Shown here piece by piece: positions 45,254 through 58,153 of a stretch of DNA of 64,000 nt. The number at the start of each line of letters is the position of its first letter. Position 1 is the first letter of the stretch. Both the position numbers and the translations under genes were made by a program. The DNA comes from the human T2T-CHM13v2.0 reference genome, Homo sapiens: NCBI RefSeq assembly GCF_009914755.1, contig NC_060926.1. The stretch is one strand, 5' to 3'. The notes below the pieces were generated by a model. The model was not told where the DNA came from, ran no database searches, and saw nothing but the letters and a program-made list of their open reading frames with translations.

Positions 45254-46552
45254 AAGCTTTGTAAATGTATTTTTTTTTCTTTTAAACTGCTGTCACCAGA
45301 TTTGCATTCAAAATGCAATAGAAAATGACTATCTACCAGTGACCAGTTAATCTGATATTATGGTATTGTAATTGCCAAGAACTTTTGCAAACATGAATTT
45401 AAACTGTCTCTTATTTTAGGGGAGAAAATGCCTATGTGCTACATAAATGTAGGCCTGGTCAAAAACCTTTGAAAAGACTGATGTATTTAATCAATTATGG
45501 AATGAATCTGATGTCTACCTATCTGAATAACCATCTTAATCATTAAAAAAAAAAAAAAGGAACAAAGAAAAATTAACTTGTCCTAATCAATTTACATATC
45601 TCCCTACAAGTTGATTTGCAAGTTTTTCTTCTCCTGTTTAATGGATGAATGCATCACGCCCAGAGGGCACAGAATTCTCTTTGCTGCTTGCTCAGCGATC
45701 TGTATCTTCTCAGTGTTCAGTTGAAGTGTCCGAGTCAGGAAAACTCGAGCCTGTGCAGGAATAGCAGACACCGCAGAAGATTTTAATTCATAATGACGTT
45801 CATTTTTTTTTTCTTTTGGTTTTTGAGTGAAGCCAGTAAGAAACTACAAAAAGATGGAGATGATGGGGACAGGGGTAGGAGCAAGTGTTCTCCCATCAAG
45901 AAATCTAAATAGACCCCACTGAATCATGAGGCAAGAATGCATTGCGTATCCTTAGCAACTCAGTAACCACCTAAAGATGTACGTTTTGTGGAATAAATGA
46001 ACAAATACATTAATAACTTTTATGAGTAATTATTCAGTACTCTGCTAGGCATCAGAAGCACAAAGGAAGAGACAGACCAATAAATACCAACTTTTGAAAT
46101 GCTTTTGCCATTTAAACTTGAATATGTGAAATTTCATCAAGATATTATCTATCATTCAAAGAATAATGAGATTTCCCAGTGCACTACAAGCTATTTTATC
46201 TACATTACCACTAATTATCACACTAGTTCATCAAGGTAGTATTACTGCCCATGTGATAAGTGAGAAAATCAAGGTTTGAGGCTCCTCTATCCATGGGCTT
46301 CTGGCTGAGTACAAACAGCAGGAAGCAGTGACTGGAAAGAAGACATGCAATTTTTTCTTCTTCATTCCTACCATTGTCAGCACCTCTGGCCACTGCTGCA
46401 TCCATGGCTTTAGCTGTCAGAGGACAAACTGGCCACCAGTACTATAGCGTTTTCCCTTTTTGTCTCCAGCCTGGAGGTGAATGGCTTTCCATTGTCAGTA
46501 AATGAAGTTTTGCAAATGTATTTTTTTTTCTTTTAAACTGCTGTCACCAGAT
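45254..46552 (+). repeat. Dispersed local direct repeat, 48 bp x2 (45254-45301 and 46505-46552)
   Basis: 'aag(c/t)tttg(t/c)aaatgtatttttttttcttttaaactgctgtcaccagat', 46/48 identical. Confidence 0.92.
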
Positions 46553-46686
46553 CGATGTTACTTCACCATCTATTATTTACTTTTAAGTTTTTCCACCAAC
46601 AGTGTAAAAATGTCCTGCCTTGATTTCCATCTATTTAAATACTCAGAGTGGTTACTGTTATTTTGCATGAATCCTGACTAAAACAC
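46330..46686 (+). mobile_element. Old ERVL-type LTR 3' part (LTR16/LTR33-like)
   Basis: Terminal 'tttaaatactcagagtggttactgtt...gaatcctgactaaaaca' resembles ERVL LTR ends. Family uncertain. Confidence 0.55.
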
Positions 46687-46949
46687 CTATAGTCTTTATA
46701 TCACATCATACTATTTCAAATATAACCTTACAAACTGTTGATATTACTTTGTTATTTTTTGTTTCCAGGACTGTTTTCTCCTCAACTATGAACATCTTGA
46801 GATTAGAGACAATATATTTTCATTTCTGAATTCCTCACACCTATTACATGGGCAAATACATTATAGATATTCATTAAATACTTGTTGAAGAAATAAAATA
46901 ATACATGAGTGAGTGAATGTAATGCTGCAATAAGATATGAAATGAAAAT

Positions 46950-48300
46950 ATTAAAAAGTCAACTTAGTTCAAAGAAATCTTCCTAGAGTTAAAATGCCTG
47001 GGCTGAGCTTCAAAAGGTAAGTAAGCATTTTTCTGGTGGATGGGAATAAGATCTCATAGCAAAAGTATTTCAAGTAGTGGGAACAAGATATATGAAACTG
47101 AAGAGCCATTGAATGATTGACACTGATCCAGGAAGTCTTGATTCAGCTAAAATCTAGGGTTCATAAGAAGAAAGGCTGGAAGATGAGGTTGGTGAAATAG
47201 GGAACTTATGCTGTCTTTCTAAGGAACTTGTAATTCATAAGATAAGTTTAAGCAAGGGACTGAATATTCAATTTGCACTTTATTAGTAAGATGGCTTTTC
47301 TGACTGAATGGATTATAGATTGGAATGAGTTAGATCAGGTGACGAAAAACAACTTGTGTGATTATTACCTTACCTTACTGAAGTTTTATTATAGGCAGAA
47401 CTAAGTCAGGAGGAGTTTGGATGGACAGAAGTAGGTGAATTCTGGAAGTAGTTAAGGGTTAAGAATAATTTGAACTTGGTGACATGTTTTGGGTCAGGGA
47501 AGGGAAAGGAAATATTCTTGTGTGGTTTCAGGAGGCTAGCCTAGTTTAGGTTACTATATGGAAGGTGACATAATTAAACAAGACAGACTGAAGGAATAAT
47601 AGATTAGGGTAAAATATGATAAGCTCATAACAGGAACAGACGACCAAACACCACATATTCTCACTTATAAGTGGGAGCTGAGCAATGAAAAGACGTGGAG
47701 ACAGGGAGGGCAACAACACACACTGGGGCGTGCCAGTGGGTGGGGTGAGGGGAGAGAGAGCATTAGGAAAAATAGCTAATACATGCTGGATTTAATACCT
47801 AGGTGATGGGTTGATAGATGCAGCAAATCATCATGGCACATGTTTACCTATGTAACAAACCTGCACATCCTACACGTGTACCCTGGAACTTAAAAATAAA
47901 AATTAAAAAAATGTGATGAGTTCAGATTTGGTTCATGAATTTGACATGTCTGTGGGGGCACCTATGTGAAATACATAGGAAATAGTCAGAAATACATAGC
48001 TGGATCTCAGGAGAGAAAGAAAGGTAGCAGCAAGTGTCGGGGGCAAGGAGGTGGTAACTGCAGTGGAGAGGAGGGCATAGAAAGATAGTAAAATAAGAAA
48101 AGCAAGGCAGAAAATGGAAGCCCAGGGAAGAAGAAGCACTTCCTGTTTCTTGGGGGCTTCTGGGGTACAAAGACAGAGAAAAGTTGATGAAGCAGAATTT
48201 GCAGGTGGCAATAAGGCTCAAGGTAATTCAGGAGACACTGTAGTATGGTCAAAGGGAATCAGTAGTTAAAATGCTCTAGATTGGACAAATAAGATGAGTA
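46950..48300 (-). mobile_element. L2 fragments interrupted by an L1PA 3' fragment
   Basis: 'gatgagttcagatttggttcatgaatttgacatgtctgtggggg...ggatctcaggagaga' is typical antisense L2. Confidence 0.65.
47628..47910 (+). mobile_element. Older L1PA (approx. PA13-16) 3' fragment
   Basis: L1 3'UTR with poly-A and degenerate TSD aaaatatgataagctca / aaaatgtgatgagttca. Confidence 0.9.
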
Positions 48301-49809
48301 ATAAGCTTTCATTGTAAATACAAAATAAAAGTACTGTTTGTAAGTGGTTTTTGTTTGTTTTGTTTTGTTTTTTTCTTCCTTCAGGAAACTTCTGTGAAAG
48401 AAATGAAAGCCATGTCAATCCCTAAAGGGTAAAAATCTTCTTATTTTAAAGAAATGACAATAGTGGGTCCCTCCCTTATTTAGCCGAGGCTTCTATAATA
48501 AAAATAATTGAGAACAAATAATTGTGAGAAAATGTGCAAGACAATATGTGTTTTGAAGTGTTTCTACTTTTCTCCTTGAACTGACATCAGAATTCCCAAT
48601 GTAGTCTAGGAAAAGTACTTAGGACTGTTTGGGTCATCATCGCCTGGGCAGGGACAGAGCATTCAAAATCAAGGTGAATGAGCTCTGAAAAGCGACTGCT
48701 TTTGCCAATTCATTGTCTGCATTTTGGCAACGTATTTAACCTAGTGTCATTCTCTCTAGGGCGTGAAATGGAGAAACTAATCTAAATTGGTAGAAAAGCA
48801 AGACACAACATTAATCCTGCCACAATAAGTGAATACGGTACCTATCCAAAGCAAATATGATTTATTTTTTTTAGGCTGACTCAGTGCTGTTTTCCGTACT
48901 TATAAAAGGAGAAAGTATCTAATAGCATTTCGGATCCCTATCTCATTTTTTTTTTAAATCGTAAAACCAAAAGAAAATCAACTTTTAGCCAACAGTGCTT
49001 CTATGACTCACTTATAGACCAAGTTACCTTAACATTCAGACACACTAAGCTAATTATTTATTTAAAAGAACTTTTCCTTGATCATGGAAAACAGTAATTC
49101 TACAACATCAGTCCTATTTCATAAAGTTCCTCCTCAAAATCTTTACCATGTCATTCCCAGGTTCATGTATAAATGGATATAAATGGTTGAATGTCTCAGA
49201 CTGAAAAATAACTTATTTCCCATTTTTATGCACAGTAATATGTAGAGAGGAAATTGGCCTCATGCTATAGTTAGTTGCCAGTGCACAACTGCTGTCCAGG
49301 TTTCTAAAACAGACAAAATGGCAGTCCAGAAACACCCTGATTCACCGTGTCAGTTTCTGATCAATTAAGTTGAGCTAAAGTTAGACTTAGAGAGCTGAAC
49401 AGGACAGTATGTTCAATACTTACCTAGCTGAAAAAGCTCCCAGCGAACCTGGCAATTAGTTTCCACAGGTGGTAGTATATGTTGAATGGATTACACAAGT
49501 GTCTTCAACTTAGGCTATAGAGGTATAAATCAAACACACACACGTGTATGTGTATGTGTGTGACCTTTACAAGGTCATTTAAATGATCTTGTGAAGAAAT
49601 ATCTTGACCCATCTCCTAAATAAATTGAAAGATCTTACTACAGGGCTTGTGTCATGTGTAGCTATGCTTCCTCACGGATCCTGCTATGACATAATTCAAA
49701 ACAGAGAGCTAGTAAATGTCTGAGGCTGAATTGTGGGTGCAGGCATATGTTCCTGAGTCTAACCATGAAGTTCACTGCAATTTCTTTAGAGTTGGAGAAG
49801 GAAGCAAGG

Positions 49810-50165
49810 TGATATGGTTTGGCTTTGTCCCCCGCTAAATCTCATCTTGAATTGTAGATCCCGTAATTCCCGAGTGTTGTGGGAGGAACTCGGTGGGAAA
49901 TAACTGAGTCATGAGGGTGGGTCTTTTCCATGCTATTCTGGTGACAGTGACTAAGTCTCACGAGATCTGATGGTATAAAGGAAAGTTTTCCTGCACAAGT
50001 TCCCTTCTGTTTTTTGCCACCATGTGAGATGTGACTTTCATCTTCTGCCATGGTTGTGAGGCCTCCCCCGCCACATGGAACTGTGAGTCCATGAAACCTC
50101 TTTCTTTTGTAAATTGCCCAGTCTTGGGTATGTCTTTATCAGCAGCATGAAAATGGACTAATCCA
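49810..50165 (+). mobile_element. THE1B/THE1C solo LTR (MaLR)
   Basis: 'tgatatggtttggct...aagtctcacgagatctgatggt...ggactaatcca' with 5 bp TSD caagg/gaagg. Confidence 0.93.
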
Positions 50166-50619
50166 GAAGGCATGGATATGCAAACTTTCACTTTTGTTCT
50201 TTACTTGAGTGTCAGGAAAATATGATGTTGTGGATGGATAGAAGACAAGAGAGATGAAGATTTGTGTCACCATAGTAAAAATTCTAGAAGGCTATGGTGT
50301 CTCATATTGGTCTCAGAATTCTAAATCAAATAAAGCACTAAAACAAATGTATTAAACACTCAGAAACCTAAATTTTAGCTGCTTCCTAAGATTGTGAACA
50401 GTGTTTTCTCATGATCTTCCTGAAAGCAATTGACAATGCGTTACATTCAACTTGAAGAAATAAGTATTTTCTTCCCTTAAAAAATTTACCAATTTAATTA
50501 TCATCCAAGGTAATCAATTTTCCACTACTACAATCATCCATTAGCTCTTCAGCTCTTTCTTATTACAATCATTCTCAATGAATCCAACATTCATAACAAC
50601 ACTCTTTGTTTCCCTATTT

Positions 50620-51760
50620 AGGGAACAGTTCATGCCAAAAATGTAAGGTAGAAGTATCCCTGATATAATTAAAAAATAACAAGGCCAACATACTTGGAAG
50701 AATTGGCAATTATGGGGCTGAGAAACAGTAATTGGAGATGAGGTCAGACAAATAAGTAGCAAGGTTATACAGGGTTTCAACTGTCATTGGAGGAGTTTAC
50801 GTTTCATTTTGAATGTAATGTGCAGCCCATGGGTAAGTTTTAAATAAAGTAATGCTATGTCCTGATATAATCTGATTCAAGTTTTTAAAGGACTACTTGG
50901 ATACTGTATTGAGAAGATAATATATTTATAACAATATTTGGAATAAGAGAAATCAATTATATGGTTATTACAGTTATTCAAGTACAAGATAATTGTGGTT
51001 TCAACCTAGATAGTAGCAGTTGGGCTAGTGAAAAGTGATAAGAATTTGGGTATTTTTAAAAGGTATAGCTAATAATATAACCTGAAGAATTCAATACGGT
51101 GAATTTTTTTAAAGTCAGGGATCTCTGTAATGTTTTTAGTGTGAGAAACTAAAAGAGCTGCCCCCAACTGAGAAGGAAAAAGCTATAATAGTTCTCAGGG
51201 GTGGGGAAGATCTTGGGTTTGTTGAATTAGAACTTGGGTCTGTTGAGTTGGAGATATCTATTAGACATCCAAGTGGAGATGGCACTTGGGTACACATAGC
51301 CAACTCTCTTTGCAGTTAAAGAGTGAGCTAGACTGGAAAAAAAAAAAATGAGAGTCATTGGCACATAGATGATCTTTAAAGCCATGAGAGTAAATGAGAT
51401 CACTAAGCAAGTAAATTAAATAGAGAAGAGAACTCAGCTAAGGACAGAGCCTGCATAAGGGGAAATGGGAAAAGTGAAGGAGACTCAAAAGGCACAATGG
51501 TGAACTAGGAAGAAAACCAAGAGACTGTGGTGGTTTCCCGAAAGGCAAGTGAAGGAGGAGGAACTGATCAACTTTGTCAAAAACTATTGATAGAAAAATT
51601 AAAAGGACATTTTAAAATTGACCAATGGTTATACCAATACAGATACTACTGATGAACTTGACAAGGCGGCTTCAGTGGAATGATAGAAATGAAAGCTTGA
51701 CTGCAGTATGCTTAATAGAGATGAAAAGTAGTAGAAATGGAGACAATGAATGAAAGTGAA
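50620..51760 (-). mobile_element. L2a-like LINE fragment
   Basis: 'gttgagttggagatatctattagacatccaagtggagatg...tttaaagccatgagagtaaatgagatcac'. Confidence 0.8.
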
Positions 51761-51805
51761 GAAATAGCATAGTAGGGAAATGAAAGTCTATATATACACA
51801 TATGT

Positions 51806-54095
51806 TTAAAATTATCTCTAATAAGTGGTATCTATACAGTAATGAGAACCCCTATTGGTAGGAAACATTTGGATATCCCCAGAACAAGGACTGGTCTATG
51901 TTGACTGTATTTCAACAAATATTTATCCAGACAGGTAAATAAAATATAAACAAAGCAACCATACTTTTGAAGACTGAATCTACGAAGAACATGAAAGTAG
52001 CATAAATGTACAATTCTGAAGAAAATAAGTCTCTGAGACACTTCAATATCCCCCTCTGTTGGAAGACAACCTTCCTTTTCCATACATGATTTAGCTCCCA
52101 TTAATTTAAGACACAGTTTTCATCATCTAACCACAAATGTGGCATGAGGATGTTGAAGTGAATAATTACTTTGTCATCGTACAAAGTAGCTAACATTGAG
52201 TCAACTCTGAAAATTATCTTCTCTCAAACTATTTTTCCTTACCTAGGCCAGATTAATCCCTGCATTCAAAGCACAAAAATGTAATGTTCATCTTATACCA
52301 TTTTCCTGCCTTTTGGCTGTTAACTTCACTGCAACTTCAGTCTCCAGAACCAATTTGTCAGGTTTCAAAAATATTTTAATAAAGTTGGTATAAATCAATT
52401 TTCCTCCTGAAAGCCTTCTCTCAGACATACAATGTGTTGTCTTTTATTTGCTGGATCATCCATCCATATATATTTCATTTGTAGTTCCTTGTCTAGCCCA
52501 TCAATTGTGATTACATTAATGGCACCAAGTCAGCTCTATATTACTAGGCCTCCACAGAGGTACTTTTAAAATAATTCTAAGTTAATTCCAACAGTACCTA
52601 AAGCTGAGCATTTATTTGATCTTTAACACATCAGTTCAATTATAGCTTCATATCTAATCTTAGTTCAAATACATTCTCCTCCTATTGTACAATAAGAACA
52701 GGTCAAATTCTGCATATTCTCATTCATAAGTGGGAGTTGAACAGTGAAAACACATGGACACAGGGAGGGGGACATCACACACCAGGGCCTGTTGGGGGGT
52801 GGGGGTCAAGGGGAGGGAGAGCATTAGGACAAATACCTAATGCATAAAGAGCTTAAAACCTAGATGACAGATTGATAGACATAGCAAACAACCATGGCAC
52901 ATGTATACCTATGTAATAAATCTGCACGTTTTGCACATGTATCTCAGAACTCAAAAAAATAAAAAAATTAATAAATAACAGGTGAAATTACCCCATCCTC
53001 TCCTTATCTTTCTACAATAAAATAAAGCTTAACTTACAGACAAAGAAAGTTTAAGTTTCTATACGCTGTCTTATTGTTACTATACTAGTAGTAACCAGCT
53101 GCCCAAAGCCAACAATAAAATATTTTGTTTAATTGAAAAATAAGCAAATAAGTAATAAAATTTAAAATTTTAAGTATGAATGGCTATTATATCATAAAAC
53201 ATGATCATAAACAATAGCAATTCACAACTATGATATCAGTATATTTTGTAATTTTTTAAAAGAGGAAAACTTCTGACAATTTTTCACAACTGAATACAAT
53301 TGACTATTGAGCTATATTGGGTCAGTGCTAAGGAAATAACATTTCTGTGACCTCACAAAGACAGTTGGATGACCCTTTGTTTAATATTCTGCATTAGTAA
53401 ACTGTCACTGAGAATCCTGAGGCAGTTCTTGTTTAGATTAGTATTGGTCCATTGTGGACAAGTAGTACTTTGGTTGAATGCAGTAAGAATAAAACAAAGC
53501 TTGAAAGAGTTGGAACATCCCAAGTCACTGAACTAAGTGCTAATTGCCTCTTCAAAAGAATGATTATATATTCCATCTGTATCTGAATAGCAAAGAATTG
53601 TTGTAATTTTAGACATTGGAAATATTTATGTTTGCTTTGGGAAGTATTTCTCACTGAAACTATTACATGCCACAAATCATAAATGACAAATGAAAATAGA
53701 AAAAGCTATTGAAGAAAAAGGGAGAAATACATTGTGTACCAAATAACCTTTGGGAGAAAAATTCAGCAGTCAAATAGCAAAAGCCTAGATTTCAAAAAGA
53801 ATACTTTGACCAGGAAAGAAACAAATATTATATAAAATTATATATTATATATAATTATATATAATATATATTATATATTATATATAATTATATATAATAT
53901 ATATTATATATTATATATAATTATGTATTATATATTATTATATATTATATATAATATATAATTATATATATTAAAATTATTTGCTAATAAGTGGTATCTA
54001 TACAATAATGAGAACCCCCTATTGGTAGGAAACATTTGGATATCCTCAGAACAAGGACTGGCCTATGTTGATTGTATTTCAACAAATATTTATCC
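51806..54095 (+). repeat. Dispersed local direct repeat, ~124 bp x2 (51806-51928 and 53971-54095)
   Basis: 'ctaataagtggtatctataca...aacaaatatttatcc', about 7 differences. The second copy is embedded in an AT-only tract. Confidence 0.96.
52710..52972 (+). mobile_element. L1PA (approx. PA8-10) 3' fragment
   Basis: L1 3'UTR and A-tail, with degenerate TSD aagaacaggtcaaatt / aataacaggtgaaatt. Confidence 0.9.
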
Positions 54096-54203
54096 TATAT
54101 TTAAACTATATATAAAATTTATCCAAATTATATATATAATTGGATAATATTACATATAATATATAATTATATATAATATATATCATTTTATATATAGATA
54201 TAT
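53826..54203. repeat. (TA)-rich low-complexity/minisatellite tract containing a templated insert
   Basis: Reiterated 'tatataattatatataatatatattata' units, interrupted at 53971-54095. Confidence 0.95.
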
Positions 54204-54724
54204 CTCAAATTTTTTCTGATTTTGGGGGGCCATAAAATCCTGTGCTATGTATAAACTAAAAATGCAGCCATTCAAGTTTGGCAGATATTGCTAACGGCAG
54301 TTCAGCCACATTTGTCTCAGTTCCAGGCTCCTAAAAGATATGAGTTGTTAATACTAGAAAAAGTATGCTGTCCTGGCTGGCGAATCCACACAGGTCTTCC
54401 TAACACTGACTGGTTAGGTGAAGACATCATTAGCCTCATCCCAAGAGTTTCTCCACTTTCTTACCTGCCCACTCAAAAAAGAAGCATAACACCACACTGC
54501 TGTGAGTTTACCCTTGCTAAAAACGAGAGAAAAATGTATGAGTGAGCAATATACATAGGGAATTTGGTACAATCTCTAACATTTTTCTAACTTTGATTCC
54601 TCTAAGCACTTTGAATTCTTCCATCTTTATCTTCTCTTACTTAGACATCAAGGATTTTTAGAACAAATTGGAATGTGTATTGGATATACTATGCATTCTA
54701 TCTGATATGTTGTTTTTGCTGTGA

Positions 54725-55046
<322 letters not shown>

Positions 55047-55858
55047 CTTTGCTGTGACTTTTTATTAAGATCTGGTCCAGTGCCTATATAATGCCTATTT
55101 ACTCTCTAAAACCATGTGGTAAGAATGGCTTTCTTAATTGAGATCTCACTGATAGGGATTTATTTGGGGGTGTAAAAAGTGTTAGAAGTAATCACCTGAT
55201 GGAATTTGAAATTAAAAGGAAAACTAAAACTCCTTCAAAATAAAACAAAAATCAATAGCAATAAAAAAAAGGTTTTGGGTTTATTTGTGCAAATATCAGT
55301 GGGCTAAGGAAAGGAAACAAAAAAAAGATAGGAAATTTACCATCAGAAGGAGAATAAGTACAATTTAACATGGCTTGACTTATTTAATGTAGCTTGGCAG
55401 TCTCAATATATTAAATAAAACAGAAAGAAAGTATACACATTGACAAAACACAGTTAAAATCAATGTTAAAGTAGGGTTGGCTGACCAGAAATGTGAAATA
55501 ATTGCTGACTTTGAAATTCAGACAAGTTTTTAAAAAAAGGCTCAAGTGTAAGCTTGTATTTGAAGGCATAAAACTGAGAAAATAAAGACTGAAAAAGTGT
55601 GGGATATGCAGTGGCTAGGGAGTGTGAGGGGAGAGAAAAAGGGAAAGAAATGGGGAAAAAATGGAAAAAAAAATAAGGAAGAAACTGGGCAGGAGGGACA
55701 GAAAGAGATGGCTACATCAGTATCTTCTTTTCTTCCCTTAAACTCCATTAATCTGGCTTTCCTCAGGCCGCAGGTAGCCCTCACTGGCTCCCCAGGAGCT
55801 ATCCTTTATGGACATTTATCTAGGTATTTGCCAGTTTTTTGCTACAGCACAGCATGAC

Positions 55859-56163
<305 letters not shown>

Positions 56164-56168
56164 TATAG

Positions 56169-56504
<336 letters not shown>

Positions 56505-56719
56505 TAAATATTTTTGTTTATATAATTTTATATCTTGAAGGAGTCAGTGATACTGTCCAAACCTATTCTTTTACTGGTAATCAAAGCCACAGAGTTAATT
56601 AATGACCAGCTCTCTTTCTTTCCTTTAGAGTCCTCTCATAGAGTTTATCAAGCATAGTAGGACTACAGCAGCTACCTAGTGAGTAACTAACTGCTCTATT
56701 AAAACATGTATAGCATGAA

Positions 56720-57240
56720 ATGTTAGTTGTTATCAAATATCCATTATCTTCTTCTTCCAAATCTGATTTTATTGAAGCAGTGTTTACCCTCTTGAAAAGA
56801 TACATCTCCCAGTCTTTCTTGCAAATAAGGGTGGCTGTGTGTTAGTTAAAATCCTGATCAATGGGATAAAGGTAGATACTGTGTTTAATCAGGCTTCTGG
56901 AAAGCTCCTTAAGAAGAAAATAAGTTGCTTGGTAGGGATAATTTGGTCTTCTTCCTTCCTCCTGGAATGTGGATGTGATATTTAGGGCTGCAGTGGCCAT
57001 TTTTTGGCCATTTTGCTACCTTGAGGATGAAAGCCAAGTGACAAGGATTGCAGAACAGAAATAAGGGAGTCTGGGACCCGAGTCACATACGGAATTGCCT
57101 TACCTTCAATGGAATGTCTATCTATAACCTTTTTTTAATATGAAAGAAAATGTAAAATTCTGTAAAACTACTTTTTTTTTTAATCCAGTCTTTTAAAGAT
57201 CTCAGTTATTCCCAGCCAAACACAATTCCTGACTGATATG
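56720..57240 (+). mobile_element. Old MaLR LTR (MLT1I/J-like)
   Basis: 'cctggaatgtggatgtgat...gctgcagtggccattttt...gaggatgaaagcc...cagccaaacacaattcctgactgata'. Strand and family are less certain. Confidence 0.65.
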
Positions 57241-57265
57241 GCATAAGTGAAAAGGAAGTGCTCAG

Positions 57266-57416
57266 GGGATATATATATATATATATATATATCCCTAACT
57301 GGCTCCCCAGGAACTATCCTTTATGGACATTTATCTAGGTATTTGCCAGTTTTTTGCTACATATGTAGCCCTCACTGGCTCCCCAGGATATATATATACA
57401 CACACACACACATATA

Positions 57417-57455
<39 letters not shown>

Positions 57456-57490
57456 TCTCAGGTGTATTAAATATCTACCTGAGAGAGAGA
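57266..57490. repeat. Compound (TA)n/(CA)n microsatellite with embedded copies of 55774-55846
   Basis: 57293-57361 matches 55778-55846 (67/69), and 57365-57388 matches 55774-55797 (24/24). Confidence 0.97.
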
Positions 57491-58101
57491 GCGTGGGGGG
57501 AATTATAGCAGTCAGAAACTATGACAGCCAATTACGTGGGTAATAGACAGTCAATAAACTGTGTCTGGGTTAGTAAGTACCGATGGTTTATAACTTCGGA
57601 GGTTTGGAAACTTTAAAACTATTTGGAGAAGTGAAAGAAAAGCATGATGAAGTTACAGGAGTATAGAATCTGTTAGAAGGAACAGGCTAAAAACTAAGAG
57701 GGCTTAGAAAATATTATGATACAAAATGCAAGTATTTGCACATAGTACAAATTGCTAAGCATTGACCATGTAACTAAAAATGGTTATTAGAATTTCTTTC
57801 CCTGAAGGCATAAGGTAGATGGCAATCTGTCTAGGTGAGTTTGGTTTCAGTCCAGCCTGAAGGCAGATAGACGAACTGATGACCTCTGAAAGTCCCTTCT
57901 GGCCCTATTATCCAACAAGTCTATTTTGCACTGAGAGAAAGTTATTGCTGCTTCTCTATTTGTAGTTATAGTCATCAAGGAGACCTGTACTTCCCTTCTG
58001 CACATTGCAGATATTTCTGGTAAATAAGAAACAAAACTGAAAGGAGCAAATCATTTTAGGTGAAATGCAGGCATGAATATTCCTGACAAAAAGCACACTG
58101 C

Positions 58102-58153
58102 TTTTTGTTTGTTTGTTTGTTTGTTTGTTTGCGGAGCGGGGGGGGGGGGGGGG
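58102..58153 (+). repeat. (TTTG)n followed by a G16 homopolymer
   Basis: Directly visible. The G run is 58138-58153. Confidence 0.95.

Noticed and set aside
48386-48429. Possible 44 nt + strand exon (ETSVKEMKAMSIPK) after a strong pyrimidine tract
   Set aside because: The pyrimidine tract is a simple repeat, the donor gtaaaa is weak and the peptide is unrecognised. Similar AG..GT pairs at 6037 and 61702 show the chance background.
57453-57463. 'cctctcaggt' as a third copy from donor 56182-56191
   Set aside because: It is explained equally well by fold-back of the adjacent 'acctgagag', and 10 bp is too short to decide.
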